From positions 195,114,001-195,178,000 of the forward strand of contig OZ024743.1 of the NCBI GenBank assembly GCA_964016885.1: a stretch of DNA of 64,000 nt, given 5' to 3'. This document shows positions 42,400 to 59,524 of this stretch, in pieces (position 1 is the first letter of the stretch; each line of letters begins with the position of its first letter). Made by a program: the position numbers and the translations under genes. Source of the stretch: Eledone cirrhosa (lineage: Eukaryota). Below the pieces are notes generated by a model that saw nothing but the letters and a program-made list of their open reading frames with translations, was not told where the DNA came from and did not search any database.

Positions 42400-43148
42400 T
42401 CTGTGTCTGTGTGTATGTGTGAGCTCGTATATACAACTCATAGAACCCAATTGCCACTTATGTGTTTAGAAATGCTGTACATTCAACACTTCTTTGATTT
42501 TAACACGTGTTATCTATACCTACATTTAGACTTTATGGCCGCGAAAATTAAACTTCAATATAGATACTTGCATCTGGCGAATTACTCAACAAACATTGTG
42601 ATTTCTGCCATCTTTATTGCATGATTCTCATATGATTAAATACGAAAAATATGAATAAAGCCAATTTGTGTTCGTTATTGGTTTAGGATACGTCTAATAA
42701 ACAAATGTACAGTCATATCTTTTATTCGAAACGTACACAATGGAGATGATCATACTTTATAATTTAGGCGAATTCTCTGGAGCATTAATGTCCATATGTT
42801 ATTGTCAATGATTGGTCGGTTACTGCTGTCGGCAACTGTTTCTAAACATTATTCATAGTTCGTATTTATTTAGACGAGATAGATATAGTTGATATAATTG
42901 ATGAATATTAATTGCCTTTCCATAAACATAAGCAGGGATAAAGTAAATTAAGTAACATTAGTATATTAGCTAATATAACATTACTTAGATGTATCTAAAC
43001 AGTAGAAGCCAGTTACTGGGACGAGGCTTTTTTGATAAGAATAATCTGTAGAAAACAACAGTCAAATGAAGAGTTTGAAATGCCCCAATTTTCTGAAACA
43101 AACAGTTGATAAACCTATAATTATGTGTGACTTCTATTCTGTCTATCT

Positions 43149-43330
<182 letters not shown>

Positions 43331-43989
43331 TCTCTCTCTCTCCAGTCGTCGATAGTCATTCATCCCCGTTTCTAGATCCCTTTAGTTTCGTTTTCAGGAT
43401 AGAATAATATAGCTTTGTATTACTGTTTTAGTTAATATACTACGACCATGTTGGTGCACTGATCTGAAAACTAATATTCTGAAGATATCAGAATTGCAAA
43501 ATAAATATACAGACAAAATCCAATAATTCCTTATCAAAATAAATACATACTGGATAGAAAGGTATCAACAGATGGCATCATCATTTCCTCCTAGAGATTA
43601 GACTAGAAGCTAGGATGAAAGCTTTAAGAACTTTACTGTTAAAAACTGTTTTGAATCATCTTCTTCTTCGGTCACTAATTCCTGAGAGGACCGTGGGTGG
43701 AGAGTCCTCAAACAGTCCTTCCAGTGGGTCCTGGCAGAAGCAACCGTCTCAAGCTGATCCAGCAGGATCCCCAACGAGACCAGTCAAACTCATGGAAGTT
43801 GATATTTTGAACGAATGCAAAAATACAAACTCAAATGCTCTTTCATCTTCTGGAATGAACATGATGTTTACCAGTTTAAGCTACGCCAGGTCGATCCTTT
43901 ATGAGGAACAAAACACTGGCCAATCAATCAGGTGCAATGATTTCTACAGCGTATGTAAAAGCATGTAGGATGATTTAAATAAGTATGCC

Positions 43990-44225
43990 AACATTAGAAC
44001 AAAAGCATAAGTTAAGAGCAAAGGAGGAACATCTCCAAGACACCTTAATTTCTAACGGTGACGAAAGACGCCAGACTGCCATCAAGCATCAAATAAATTT
44101 TACATCCATGAACTCCACGAACAAGCAATGAGATACGTCAAAATGTGTGGCTATAAGGATATCTTCATTACATTCACTAGAAACTCAAAATGGACAGAAA
44201 TATGTGATAAACATTTTCCACATAC
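43990..44225 (+). pseudogene. Decayed Helitron Rep (HUH endonuclease region) fragment
   Basis: From 44101 it reads YIHELHEQAMRYVKMCGYKDIFITFTRNSKWTEI (compare the Helitron motif DLFITFTCNPKW). Upstream it reads KLRAKEEHLQD...LPSS. Confidence 0.75.
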
Positions 44226-45409
44226 TAAAATCAAGATTTACATAGCCATATTTTTCAGTTGTTATTAGAATCAAAACCAAAAGAAAAAATATCCTGGCAC
44301 TTGAAAAACGAATGAATTTACGGGGAACTGGCTATTTGCAATCTGAGTCCCAATCCCAATGTTGACTACTTGGCGGTAGATATAACTTGTGTCACGGTTA
44401 AACACCATTAGCTGGGCTTTGAACTATGACTTCGGCCAGGTACCTTACTTTAGCCATCCTAACAATCTAAAAGGCTCTGAAAATGGTCCTGTTCAATGCT
44501 CTTCCTTCCCTAACTAAACTTACACATTGATAAATTTGAGAATTCAATTATGCACTTAATGAAGGTGTATCTAAAATTGTATATTGTCAAATCAATTGTC
44601 ACACAATTTTGACAGCCAATTTGTAGTTAGTCGGCTGCTACCTAGTAAGATATGAAGATTTTCAAATTGAAATCATTCTCGTGTTTTCAACTTCAACACT
44701 GAAATATTTCTACTTCGATTACATTTACTTCTATCTCCTATGGCCTAATTAACATTAGATAGAAACTTGTGCGCCATTTTCTTTTTTCTCTTATTAAAAT
44801 TTTGTAGATACTTTGGCATCAAATTCCAATTTCTAATAATTTGTTCAATGCGGAATTAGTAAATTTTATTCTCTTGTTAGTAGAACGATCTCCAAGGAAT
44901 AATCCTAGAGCCAAGTTTTAAGTAGAAGACAATCTAAATTAATAATTAACGAACACTTATACTTTCGAATAACCTAATAGAAGAATAGAATGTAATATAG
45001 CCTCTACGCACACACCTACAACAATATTGATTTTTCAGATGCCAAAACTGTAAAATGCTAGGTGAATAAGATATAGCTCGTAAAAATCTTTTTTTTTTCT
45101 CTGTAATGATCTCATTTTAACACCATGAGTTCACAATGTATATTTCAAGAACGTGTCAATGAAACATTCATTTGAATGTATGAAACTCTTGCCAGGAAAT
45201 AAATATGTATACAAATCTAACATAAGTTTGAATGATATAAAACATAATTGCTACACACACACACAATACATTCATATATAAATATATGTGTGTGTGTGTA
45301 TATATATATATATAAAGGTATGCTTATGTGCATGGATGTGTTTAGATATTTATATGTTTATATATATATATATATATATGTGTGTGTCTGTGTGTGTGTG
45401 GGGGGGTGC

Positions 45410-45466
<57 letters not shown>

Positions 45467-47566
45467 CTATATTAATTTCTATAGCATATAGAGAAAGATT
45501 CTTATTTTGATTTAGCTTTGTATTTCAAAAATATCTGAAAGCCAGTTAATTAATGAAAATCAAATTATTCTTTCCGATGGGAAAATTGTGTTTTAGCATA
45601 GCAGATTTTACATGTGTCAACGAACACTGCTATAATAATTCTTTGTACAACTTTCCATCTCACTGATTCTTCACTAAACTTATTTTACATGATTGCCACA
45701 ATTATATATGCTTTCGTTTTCATGAATAATTTATCATCTACTAAGCAGAATGATTTACAATGATCATTGTATGATTATTCAAAAAATCAAAATCATCTTT
45801 TTTAGTTCTATGTATATTTCCCTTCATTTATAATTCAGAAAAATATATACATATTTTTTTGCAATTGCTTTTCATCTCCCCAGAAGGAATTGCTCAAGGA
45901 TATCTCTGTTATACATAGCTTTTATTTTATCTAAATTTTCTTTGTGTTCGGTATGATATAATGCCACACCAAGACATTTACAGAACTGTGATTAAGAGAG
46001 ATATAACATTGAATGTTCCTTTTATCACACGTGCTGTTTTTTTCTTTTGCATCTAGGTGGCTTATTAGATTAGGTGTTAATAAATGTGTACAGCTCCATC
46101 TACTCCTATATCTATATTTTCAGCTGCTCAACTAGATTTATATATACAAACTAAAGCTAAATATATTTTTCTATATCTGTTTATTTTGTCTTAATCTTTT
46201 TCCTAACAGTAATTTCCATAAATTTCCATCGTAATAACTTAATAGTTTCTGACAAAATTTCCTAATGAACATCGAATTCTCCATACCGTATATAATGTCA
46301 AATACTACAGCATATCTGGCATGACACCAGAACTTTTTATTCGTTTCTACCAAGTTATTTTACCCACGGCAATATTTGTAATCGTGATACGTAATAGAGA
46401 AGATATTTGTTATATTCATGGGGATTTGTGATAATCATGGCTGCACCAAGAAATATATACTAAAATCACAACAAAAATCGAAATTAAGTAGATATATTGA
46501 TTCAGTGGCAGCATACCTTAGCATTATAGTGCCAACACAAGTGTAGTATCATAATATATAGCAACCCAGTCTTGCTTGCAAATTAATTATTTGAATTAGA
46601 TAAGATAAATTGCTATAAATGTGAAGCACAAGTGTTTATTACAGACAATAATATCAGAACCTTGCTGTTATGGTGTATTTTATGATAGAAACGTGTCCAC
46701 CATTTTACGATGCGCAGCAAAGCAGCTATGTATAGTAGAAAACAATATAAACTATCGTCAGCTGTCTATTATATGACTAAATGAATCTGCCTGAACGTGA
46801 ATAAACATAATTGAATCAGTAAATGAAACGTCAAGAATTCCAGGAGAGATGAAAATCTATTAATTCCAAGAATCTTTATTAGAGAAATCTCAGTGGTTTT
46901 TAGTTTTCCCTTATTGAACTGACTATTCTGTTTTAAAGAAGAAAAATAGCAGAATAGGAAATCTAATTGGGTGTCAGTTTAGCAGTTACAAGTATCTCAT
47001 ATAATTGGAATCAGAAAATAATTTCCTATCTCTTCCTATTTTCATAAATAGAAATTATTATCTTGCCTAGTCAGTGATCTAACATATAGGATAATCATTT
47101 CTGAGCTTTGCGGAATATTTTCTTTGAGAAAATGTCAGAAATTGAAGCCATTCGAGAATTGATATTGATATTTCATCACCAGAGACAGGATGGGTGTATT
47201 TTCGTAAGGTGAAAAGGAGATCATCGCGTGTTGGCACTGCATTTAGATATTGAATACAGAAACGTGATTGTATGTGAGAGTTATCATTATGACATCCTAG
47301 TGCAAATGATACTTCCATCTCTGTCAATAGGGCAACTAAATTGTAAAATAATATATAAAATGTTCAGCATGTTTTGATTCCAGTACACAACAGATTATTA
47401 ACATAGACTTGTCATTATAATATTACGCTGTGTAATATATCCCCGAAATATGATTAGAATATATTTGTGGATCAATTATAAAATTGTTTTAATAATAACC
47501 TGCTATGCTGCTCCTTTCTCCTCGTCGAGTGCTCCAATCTGCATACTGAGGTGTCGGTAAATAAAA

Positions 47567-47630
47567 AAGGGCGGTGCCCCAGCATGACCTCAGCCGGATG
47601 GCTTGAGCAGGTAAAAGAGTAAAAGAGTAT
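47567..47630 (+). mobile_element. LINE/SINE 3' tail fragment
   Basis: ggcggtgccccagcatgacctcagcc..tggct.ga.caggtaaaagagtaaaagag is a stem-loop plus short tandem tail typical of CR1/L2-mobilised ends. Confidence 0.45.
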
Positions 47631-47756
47631 ATATATACTTATAGTTGAAGTCTTTGAAATGTTATTAATACAATTGTCATTACTATATATATCGTAACAA
47701 AGCGGTGAAGCCTTTGCCGAAGAGGACTATGGATGTTTTCTATTGGTGAATACTTA

Positions 47757-47894
47757 AGTGCGCGTCTCTCTCTCCATTTTCCGGGAAAATGCCTTCTCTA
47801 TTCTGTGTGCAGGGCCCGCGGTGTAGTCAGCACGTGGGCCCCCATTTGCTTATAATAATGAGAGATGGGGAGAGTGGGAGAGACGGAGGCAGTG
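47757..47894 (-). repeat. Copy D (truncated) of the 245-bp frame-conserved family
   Basis: The reverse complement starts cactgcctccgtctctc. The frame reads TAGPAHRIEKAFSRKMERETR. Confidence 0.7.
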
Positions 47895-48071
47895 ACAGTT
47901 GGAGTTTGATTCCTTCACGTTCGGATCTGGTGTATATGTATATGACACACACTCACAATATATAAATTATAAATTAGAATGCATCTTCAGTATAAACAAA
48001 TAAAGAAGGAAAGACTATCATGAGACTTGACTACCATTTCTAGCATTCTGCAGTTTATTTGCCCTTTCAGT

Positions 48072-48147
48072 CAACAATATTTTCTGTATTCATTATGCAA
48101 CAATATTTTCTGTATTCATTATGCAACAATATTTTCTGTATTCATTA
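48072..48147. repeat. 26-bp tandem repeat, 3 copies
   Basis: (caacaatattttctgtattcattatg) repeated about 3 times. Confidence 0.95.
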
Positions 48148-48869
48148 CAACGTATCATTAAACAACATCTGAATGCACCAGTAAAAACGTCTCCCCCTGA
48201 TTTACTCGATTTTCTGCAAATATCAGGAAAACCTCCTCACCAATATTTTACATTGCAGCTTTTATACAACATTGATCATTAGTTGCCCTGATTAGGTCTT
48301 ACATCGGCTAAACAACAACAACACCTGAAGCATTTGTCTTATCTTCAGAGATGCTACAATCATAAATATATTTAGTTTGTAGATACAATGTACACAAATA
48401 TATTGATAATAAATAATTTACTCTTAAACAAGGTTTTGTAATGATGATCTCTATATATTTGACACGTAAGTATACCAAAATTATCTACATAATATATGGA
48501 TTCCCACAGTAACAACGAATATCCATATAATATGAAGATTCACACGGTTATTCATGGAATAAATGTCTATTTTTTTATGTAACCTGCAAATTGTATCAGA
48601 TATAAATGTTAGTTTGTTGTTTCGTTTCACCAAACATTTGGTTCATGAAAATAGAATGGTAATTTGTAACTGCAGCACCTGTTTATAATATAAGGAACAA
48701 TAAAGCCACCAGCATCATAACCTAAAAGACCATCATTTTACTTTGCCATATCGGAGAGTTGAGTATATTTAGAATGTTTAACATAATGTAATTAGTTAGT
48801 ATAGCTTCAAAAATAAACTGATTCTAGGCATCAGTGGATGATGAAAACGAAATAGCGTTTTATATTCTA

Positions 48870-49168
48870 GAGCGGTTGATTGGCAGAACCGTTAGCGTGT
48901 CAGATTAAATACTTTGCAGTGTCGAATTACGATCAGCTACCTTCCGAAATTGACATAAGGATTTCTACTATAGGCACAAGGCCAACAATTTTGGGAAGGG
49001 AAAAGTCGATCAAATCGACCCCAGTGCCTTACTGGTGGTGCTTTATAATATCGAACCAGTAAGTATGAAAGGCAAAGCTAACTTCGGCAAGATTTGAACT
49101 CAGTACTTAAAGGGCCATAACTCTACGCCACAAAGCCTTTTCTCCGACACTTTACCGATTCTGCCAAT
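48870..49168 (-). mobile_element. Nin/Deu SINE (48960-49168, minus) preceded by a plus-strand SINE head fragment
   Basis: ggcacaaggccaacaattttggg...gatttgaactcag...gattctgccaat, and gcggttgattggcagaaccgttagcgtgtc at 48871. Confidence 0.75.
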
Positions 49169-49902
49169 ATGATAATGTTCCTAAATAAACACACTTATGT
49201 TCCAGGGTGAAAAACACTACATTCTGGGAATTTCTGAGGCGTGACATTGTTGTAAAATTGATATGTATCTAATAAAATAAACGAGACGGATATATCTAAA
49301 TTACAGTCAAATAAAAAAAAAAACAACAAGTTAATAGGAGTCGATAAAACAAAACGTAAATACTTACTGCTCCGGCTCATCTAGATAACGTATAATCCAT
49401 CGATAACAACTAATGCGACCATACAATTCCATATTTTAGGTCTATCTTTCCATTCTGGTATTATGCGTGCTCAAGAGATCGAGTGTTTTGTGTAACCCAA
49501 TGGCACATACGTGAAATTCGAACTCAAAACACGAAGAGCCAGGATAAGTACTGGATGGTATCTCATTCAATGCACTATTTATCAAATCTAACATAGGAGA
49601 AACACGGTTGAAATAGACGGGATTTGAACTCGGAGACGTAAGCGCTTAAATAGTAAGCGCAAATCTTTCTACAAAGCCACCAACTACTAATTCTATTACC
49701 AATGTTATGTAAAGATAACAGAAAACTGATTATACATGGTTGGATTAACGGACAATTATATTCTTAATTCCTGCATATAGTGGAAGATAAAAGCATGTAT
49801 AGAAAACCACTAAAATTCCATGTAAAGGATACGTTTTATCTAAAGCAATTATTTGCCTAAGATTGACAAAGCATACAAAAAGACAATGGAACGTATACAT
49901 AC

Positions 49903-50014
<112 letters not shown>

Positions 50015-50577
50015 GATAGATAGATAGATAGATATATTACGTAGCATAGAGCAGGATTCATACATCTCCATGACTTAACATAAAAATGCAATAATGTCTT
50101 CTCTTTTGTATGCGTAGTGTAAATTTAGCTTAAATTATTCAGTGGAAAATATGGTGAAAATGGAATAACTTTCGATTAAGAGAAATTGCACAATAATTAT
50201 ATAAACTGGCATATATTAAAAATTATAGTCATATTAATATTATTTACGTTACCCATCAAAAATGAATATCGAATCATGTGAGAAATCGATATTATTTATT
50301 TCTTCCCAAAGTTATTACTCTCTTACTAAACTTATCTTTGAAACCAGCTTGTAGATTATTTCATTTTATATAACTGTTTATATATCCGCGTATGTGCATA
50401 AGTGTAGCTATTCTAAAGAATTGGGCGGGAGGGGAGAGAATAAGAGAAGAGAATGTACTCTAACCAATATTTCCAAGCTGCAATATGATTTACAAATACA
50501 GAATATAGCTTCTTATGAATGGTTTATGATATCTATTTCGGTTAGTTCATTTATATATATATATATATATGTTCATA

Positions 50578-52258
<1,681 letters not shown>

Positions 52259-52571
52259 TATGGGCATCCACTGATGAATTTATAATAGCCCGCTTGTGTA
52301 TAAAACTATGGATTATATACAAGTTTCTACATAATCTGGAAATTATTTATCCCAAATTGTAGAAATCTTATAACCAAACAGCCGTCTGGAAGGAAAGAGA
52401 TATTTATTTAATAATGTCTCATATAAAATAATACAATCAGCTATCCACGAAATACTGATTAGTCAGCACCCCAAACGCTACATTGGGAAAATACTTAGGT
52501 ATATCCTAATGTTTGTTGAGTGAGTTGGAGTTAGTCAGAGTATCGCTTAAGGCTTTCTCTGTTTATGTATA

Positions 52572-52620
<49 letters not shown>

Positions 52621-52645
52621 ATATTTATATATATATATATATATG

Positions 52646-52769
<124 letters not shown>

Positions 52770-55700
52770 AGAGAGAGTGTGAGAGAGACAGAGAATATGT
52801 CATGTGTCTGTGAGTGTACGTGTTTCAGTGAAACATCGATCCCAGTACTTATTTGACTATTTCACTGTGGTAATATTATATCGAATAGCAAGGATTTCTT
52901 TTGACATAAACTTACACATACGCACACATTCACATATATATAAGCACCTCCACACACACGCGCGCACGCGCGGATATATATGCAAATGTGCGAGTGTGTG
53001 TTTGTGTGTGTTTGCATATGTACATATTGTCTTTTCTGTTTCCTCCACACACGCAAGAACATTTTTCCAAACATCACTTTCTCAATTCACCAAGGTTTAG
53101 ACGACGAGCTATTTACTCACATCTTCTTTGTATACATGGAATTCACTTCCTTTGCAAGCTTTTTCTCCTGACATCGAACTACAGAAGTTCAAATTTAACA
53201 TATAAGCACGCCAACCATATCAGTGTTGAAGGGCACATAAAGGTCACGATCACAGCACCTTTTCCTTAGACTGAATGAAAAGTGATAAAATAATATAACT
53301 ATGCATAAAATGTTTGATTTTCTTTTATTAAATGCTATATTTTAACTATTATATTGGAAAGAGTATCTTTTATTTATATAGTATGTTCTGATATATACCA
53401 TACGGAAGTAATATAAAAGGGAATAAAAACATTAATCTTGTATATTTCTTGGAGCAAACATTTCACGGAGGCTGAATTACATGAATACGCTGAAGCAGTT
53501 TCTAATATTATCGTTTTTATATCAGCCGAAATCTTATAAGATGAAGTATTTTCCACTCATAGTATTGAAACGATTTCTCTGAACGATAACCTCCTTTTAC
53601 ATCCCGGGAAATGTCTAGATCGTATTAAAAAATGTATTTCTGACTATCTGGCATTTCTCATTCAGCTTCCTTTTTGAATAGGCACGTATTGGAAATGTAT
53701 CTAATAAAAGAGGTTATCTAATTTAATGTTGTAAACGTGATCAACACAAATAAGCAAGCAGATTTTGTCGATGATGTAAGTTTTCAAGTAATGTAGATAT
53801 GTAAAACTGATGTGTTGGTCACATACAAAAGTATAATGTCAGAGAGGTGAATCACACTCCTCGCTCCCCAAATTAATTGACATGGTATCAAACTTATGGT
53901 AAGACACACAGAGAAGTCACTTTGAACATGTGTGCATTACTTGCAAGAAACATTTCCTATAGTTTAAATGAAACGATAATACACAATATTTTATTAAATT
54001 TGTGATTTCTATCACTTTGTCAATTCTCAGAAAGTTAGATACTTAGATCTACTACAATGGAGTCATACGCGTGCCATCCAAACGTGCATTTACAACCTGG
54101 TAGGGCCCAATGCTCTCAAAGTCGGAAAACAGTCGATTTATTCCATAGAATGAGAGAGACAGAAAGAATCGACTCCTAAACTAGACTGGTTCATTTTGTT
54201 GATCTCGGTATGTAAGGCAAATTTGTCGTCTCACGGAATTTGAACTAATAGTGCTGGAGCAAATAACGAGGCATTTTCAATCGGATGCTCGAAGGTCCAT
54301 TCGTCGCCTTAATGAAGCACTATTTATGAGTAATAAAAATTACAATATCAGATACTGGTATACTATTTAAAACTGCAAATCTATTTTGCAGCTTCTCTTT
54401 ACCATATGTACTGAATATAAATGCAACACATTCCAATAGCATACGTATTACATGTATCAGTGACAAAACAGTCTTATCATTATAGATTATAAAGTAATAA
54501 AAAGATCATGTTGGCATAACATCCGCAGGTATATTCTGTGGAACCTCAACATTGAAATATAAACATGTTGCGGTTCAATCAACTGTGTCATATTCGTAAA
54601 TATTTTATATAAATGTAGAAAACTTTGTTTATTTCGCCGACGACTTCGAATTGTGACTTTAAAATAAAAGTAACAAATTAAAATATATAAACTTAATCAG
54701 TTTTATGCTTGGTAAAAATCAATGAGAAGGTTTAAAGACGTTGATACTTGTATAACACCCATTTCTCTTGAGTAGATATAAAGTCTCATAAATATGTCTG
54801 GGTGTCAACTTGTTTCCATTGATAAATCATTAATAGTTGACGCAACACTTGACTAAGCACAAGGAAAATTAATAAACTTTTAGAAAAGAATTTAACATAT
54901 AAGAAAAGAAAAGACACAAACGTATTCTGAAGAAAGTTAATGGAAGAAATTATTTATTGATTAAGATTAGATGGATGACGTGTAGTTAAGAAACAGCAGT
55001 CCAAATTATATTGTTTCCTGACTTTCACAATATTAGACGTTTAAAGATTTGTGATTATTTTCACTTTTTCTAGAAATCTGTGGAGATTAATGAGTTATGT
55101 TTTAAAGGAAAAATTCTGTGAACCATTTCTATACATTGTCCAAATTTTAACTTGTGTTTCTTGTTTCAAGAACTTCGATTACTATTAAATCAACATTGAA
55201 AATTAATAATGATAGTTTGAGGAAGAAATATAGTCACCAATCTACATTAAGTAAAATCAAATTATTGCTGCCTTGAGAAAATTAATCCGAGAAAATTAAA
55301 GAGAACTCCAAATCATGTCATTGTGGGGATATTTGTAACTGCATATAATATTAAAAGGAAGGATCTATGAATATTTGTCATAGCACTAATTCCTTATGTT
55401 GCTGGTTGTCATACATGAAACATGATATTCCTTTAACATAAATATTACTCAGCAGGAATGAAAACCAACTGTTGAATCTAAACAAGAATCTAAAGACGAG
55501 CCATATGTATAGTTTTCACAGAAACCCAGTCAGCCACACATACGTTCAGCGCAGTTAGTGAATCAGATCATAGTTTCTCGATGATTAAATATAGAATATT
55601 TGTTCAAACAGACGTAGCGTAGAGCATATCAACACTGAGGCATCACAATTCTAACTTATGCATCTGAATGAAACTAATCCCAAACACGTGGGTGTAGTAG

Positions 55701-56455
55701 TAATGAGATATGATAACATATTTCTATCATTAGAAAATAATATATAATTGATTTTCCCCACTGACTCATGTTTTGATCTACTGTTTATCCTGTTCATATA
55801 TGACTCCTGAATTTCTAATTCAATTTTTAATCCACAATTTTATATTACTATCTGAGGAAATTTGTTTGCTAAGTGATGAAGGATATGTCAGGTCCACGGG
55901 TTTGCTGGGTTCAATATTTGTATTCCTCGTTTAAACAACTTAATATTTCATATTTAAATAATTCAGCTTTTTCAAAATGTAAGCACACCATATGTATTAT
56001 TTTAATTCATTAAAAGAAATTAACTGCACATCCAACAATTACATTATGACAAAGGATGAGAGATTTTAAGCAAATTATGCTTATGCACTTAATTGATGTA
56101 TAAGCACGCTAAATGTTCGCTACATTAACCAGAATAAAAGAAATAGATTGATAGAGGTTAATTCGTGAAATGAATTGCAGCGAGTTTATGTTAATTTGAA
56201 GCGTGCTATGTATTTATCGTAGAACATCGAAGTAGGGATAATTAGATGTTATCTGGTTGCTATTTACATATTACAGTGTTAAATGAATTGAGGACGTTAG
56301 AAGAGATGCATTGGTGTTATTTAATGAATGGAGCTGACTGTTATCACTGAACTCATTAGTTACATTGTCTTGGTTGCCCTTGTAGATTCAGTACAAAACA
56401 ACAAACCTGGTTAGAGTGTTTCACAATGTACAGTGGTATGGTTATTTTCAACTTA

Positions 56456-56676
56456 ATAATTGTTTCATATATAGGCACAAGGCCAGCAATTTTGGGGGAG
56501 GGGAAAGTCGATTAAATCGACTCCAGTGCGTGACTGGTACTTTATTTTATCGACCCCGTAAGGATGAAAGGCGAAGTTAACCTAGGCGGGATTTGAACTC
56601 AGATCATAAAGGACTGTAACTCTATGCTGCAAAGCATGGCGTCCGGCCCTCTACCGATACTGCCAATCCACCGCCC
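56456..56676 (-). mobile_element. Full-length Nin/Deu SINE (long subtype)
   Basis: The reverse complement reads ggcggtggattggcagtatcggtagag (box A-like)...gagttcaaatccc (box B)...gcctttcatccttacggggtcgataaa...ggccttgtgcc, followed by an (att) tail. Confidence 0.9.
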
Positions 56677-57204
56677 GTATGTTCAACTTAGTAATAATAA
56701 AAAAGCTGTTGCATAAAATACAAACGTCAATGGCGTCACATCATTGTGGGTTTGCAGGTTTTATTATAATGTATCGAGTTATGTACATTAAATAATGATT
56801 GAATATAAATACACATTTTAAAGCATGGTTTTAACAGGAATTCGAAACATGAATTGAGCCGTAATTCAATAAAGAAAACACCAAAGAATCGGATACCACG
56901 AGTATTAAGTTTCACAAAGGAGATAATGTTTACATTATCTGCATGATTTATGCGGTGTCTTGAACTATGTTGCATTCGCTATACATCCGACTTGCACTAA
57001 ATAAATAAAACTAATTGGTAGTGCAACGGACAACTTCTAGTTGTGGCATACGTTATACGTTCAAATTCTGCCAAAGCCCATTTTGCCCATTTTGCCTTTC
57101 ATCTTCCTTAGTCGATAAGTACTTGTAAAGTATTGAAGCCCATACAATCGAGTTCCGCTTCCCATAAATTGTTTGTATCAATTTGAAATCATGGCTATAG
57201 TCAC

Positions 57205-57335
57205 AGAGGATTGGTGGTATCGATAAACATTCGGACAATATGATTTGCGGCATACAGTTGCAGTTCTGTACGTTCTGAGTTCGAATCCCGCCGAGGTTAG
57301 CTTTGCCTCTCATCCCCAAGGAGTCGATAAAAGAA
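57205..57335 (+). mobile_element. Nin/Deu SINE, 5' part
   Basis: ggattggtggtatcgata...ctgagttcgaatcccgccgaggttagctttgcctctcatccccaaggagtcgataaaa. Confidence 0.75.
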
Positions 57336-57339
57336 AGTG

Positions 57340-58440
57340 TCGGTAACACGCTGCTGGCGAAAAGCCACACATATCCGCTTGGAATCAGCCCACACGCGTC
57401 TGTCTCGCTCCCTCAAAGAGCGAATTGTGGTTTCGTTTTCTAGAACACCACGCACCTTAACTCTGACAATGCAACCTTTGTGTTCCGTAATGAAGACATG
57501 GTCTAGTGCCAGTCATGCAGCTAACACGCCGGTTGCAATTTCACTTCTAATTTAGATGCTAACTCACCCTCCTTTCTAGTTTTTTTCTATCACTACTTCT
57601 TTACTAAATGCTTCCTTCTGATTCAACTCTAATCTTTCTTCCCTGAGAGCACACCACGACTTTGTTGACGACTGCCCATATCAAATTTCACTGAACAAAA
57701 GTGCTACACCGGTCGCCGAAAATGACACGTTAAACTTCTAGAAACTGGGACCTTGTCTACCTGTTTGAACTATGTCGATGCCAAGGTCACGAATGTGTGA
57801 ACTAAATAGGCGGCCGTTTGGTATGCGGAGACCACAAGCTATCCCTATCTGCTAACGTAATAAAAACCTATCTATATACAATCTAGATGAAACTATGCGG
57901 CTGGTCCATGTCCACACTGGCGACATTCGTACCACAATTAGGGTTTCAGTCTCTTTACATGTGCTAGTGCCAACGATATCAAGTGCTTTCTCAATCTCTT
58001 TATTTCGTGCTATAAGGGCCATTACTTGTTGGTTGGCCCTTCTTACTAGAACGAGATTTTGTCTATATGGTATTGTTTGCTGTTAATTTAGTGTGTTAGT
58101 GTGTTTTCTTTTAGTTATGTTTAGTTGTAGTTGTGGTAGGGCTGATGGTGGTGTTTTGTCAGTTGTCATGGTGGTGGAGGTGGTGTTCTTTCAGGTGTGT
58201 TTGTGTTAGGGATGGGTGCGTGTTTTCTGTTTTCTGGAGAGAGTGCTGGTGTCTAGTATGGAGCTTTGTCTGATTTTGTATGTGTATTTTCTTTGGCGGA
58301 GGGGGGGGGGGTCATCTTATACTTCACTGGGAGGTAAGAAATTGTGTTTGTATGATATTAGGTGGGCTGCAAGGGTGTTTGTGGTTTTGTGTGTGTGTAT
58401 GTGTGTGTTTAGAGTGGGTGGAGAGCGACAGAGATCGTGG

Positions 58441-58492
<52 letters not shown>

Positions 58493-59150
58493 TATATATC
58501 TATAGAGAGAGAGAGAGAGACAGAGAGAGAGTGGAGAGAGAGCGAGAGAGAGAGAGAGAGAGAGAGCTGTTTTGACGGATGCTCTGGGTGTTTTCTTTAA
58601 ATTCTGTTGTTGGTAGTTCAGTTACTGATGCTGGTAGTGCTGGTGCTCTTGTTGGTGCTGTTGGTAGTATTGATGGTCTTCATGGTGCTGTAGCTGCAGC
58701 ACCTCTTGATAATATTGGTCTTGATTTTGTAGGTACTACTGCTACAGCTGCAGTTTTTGGTTTCAATGTTGAAGTTGATGTTATTGCCGGGCTTCGTTCA
58801 GCTAATGTTGTTGTTGCTAATTTGGGCGAACTAGTATTGGCAATAAAGGGGTCTTAGAGCTCCCTGTCTTGTGTTGAGAGGTGAAAGCACGCGTGGTCAC
58901 TTTGCCCACATGGATAACAACGGGGTAGTCTGCCGTCACCTAAAAAATGCACGTCCATCCCCACTGAATAGCGAAGGAGATATGTGATCATGTGGATGTT
59001 GTCTATTTTGATGCGGAGTAGTGCCTCCACACTGATCCCAGACCAGTTCTCCCATCGTATTCATTTTACCCCCAGAAGGGCGTTGCATAACTCTATGACG
59101 ATGCAATACAGTATCCACCAGATACGTAAAACCCTACTCCACTTCCTCTA
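57340..59150 (-). mobile_element. Second, older Tx1/L1-clade LINE remnant (ORF1 zinc knuckle, Pro/Thr-rich linker, ORF2 endonuclease end)
   Basis: The reverse complement reads GDGRLPRCYPCGQSDH (knuckle), a P/T/A-rich tract, then WTWTSRIVSSRLYIDRFLLR, RQGPSF*KFNVS and EHKGCIVRVKVR..IRSLRERDRRV. These are collinear with 2200-2800 of the first LINE. Confidence 0.75.
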
Positions 59151-59215
59151 AGCGTGAAACAAATAAGACTTTGTATTCTTGCATCCTTGTGTTCGTTTTG
59201 TTTTATTTATCAACA

Positions 59216-59316
<101 letters not shown>

Positions 59317-59441
59317 TATGCACATATGTCGACACGAAATCAGGTCTATATAGTTATCTATCTAAGTCCTTTCTCTCTGTGTGTATACTGTGTGTATACA
59401 TACATACAATCTCACACATCTCTCTATCTCTCTCTCTCTCC

Positions 59442-59524
<83 letters not shown>

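Noticed and set aside
43615-43968. 117-aa ORF as a host exon
   Set aside because: It has no recognisable domain or clear splice context, and it lies directly upstream of the Helitron Rep remnant, from which it probably derives.
52265-52314. atcca CTGATGA ... TA tggat
   Set aside because: Stem I pairs, but the GAAA box and stem III are missing.
56590-56676. SINE heads as tRNA genes
   Set aside because: Box A and box B-like motifs are present, but the spacer is extended, no cloverleaf forms, and they are attached to SINE bodies.
58579-58857. 92-aa Ala/Val/Gly-rich plus-strand ORF
   Set aside because: It is the antisense of the Pro/Thr-rich linker of the minus-strand LINE ORF1 remnant.
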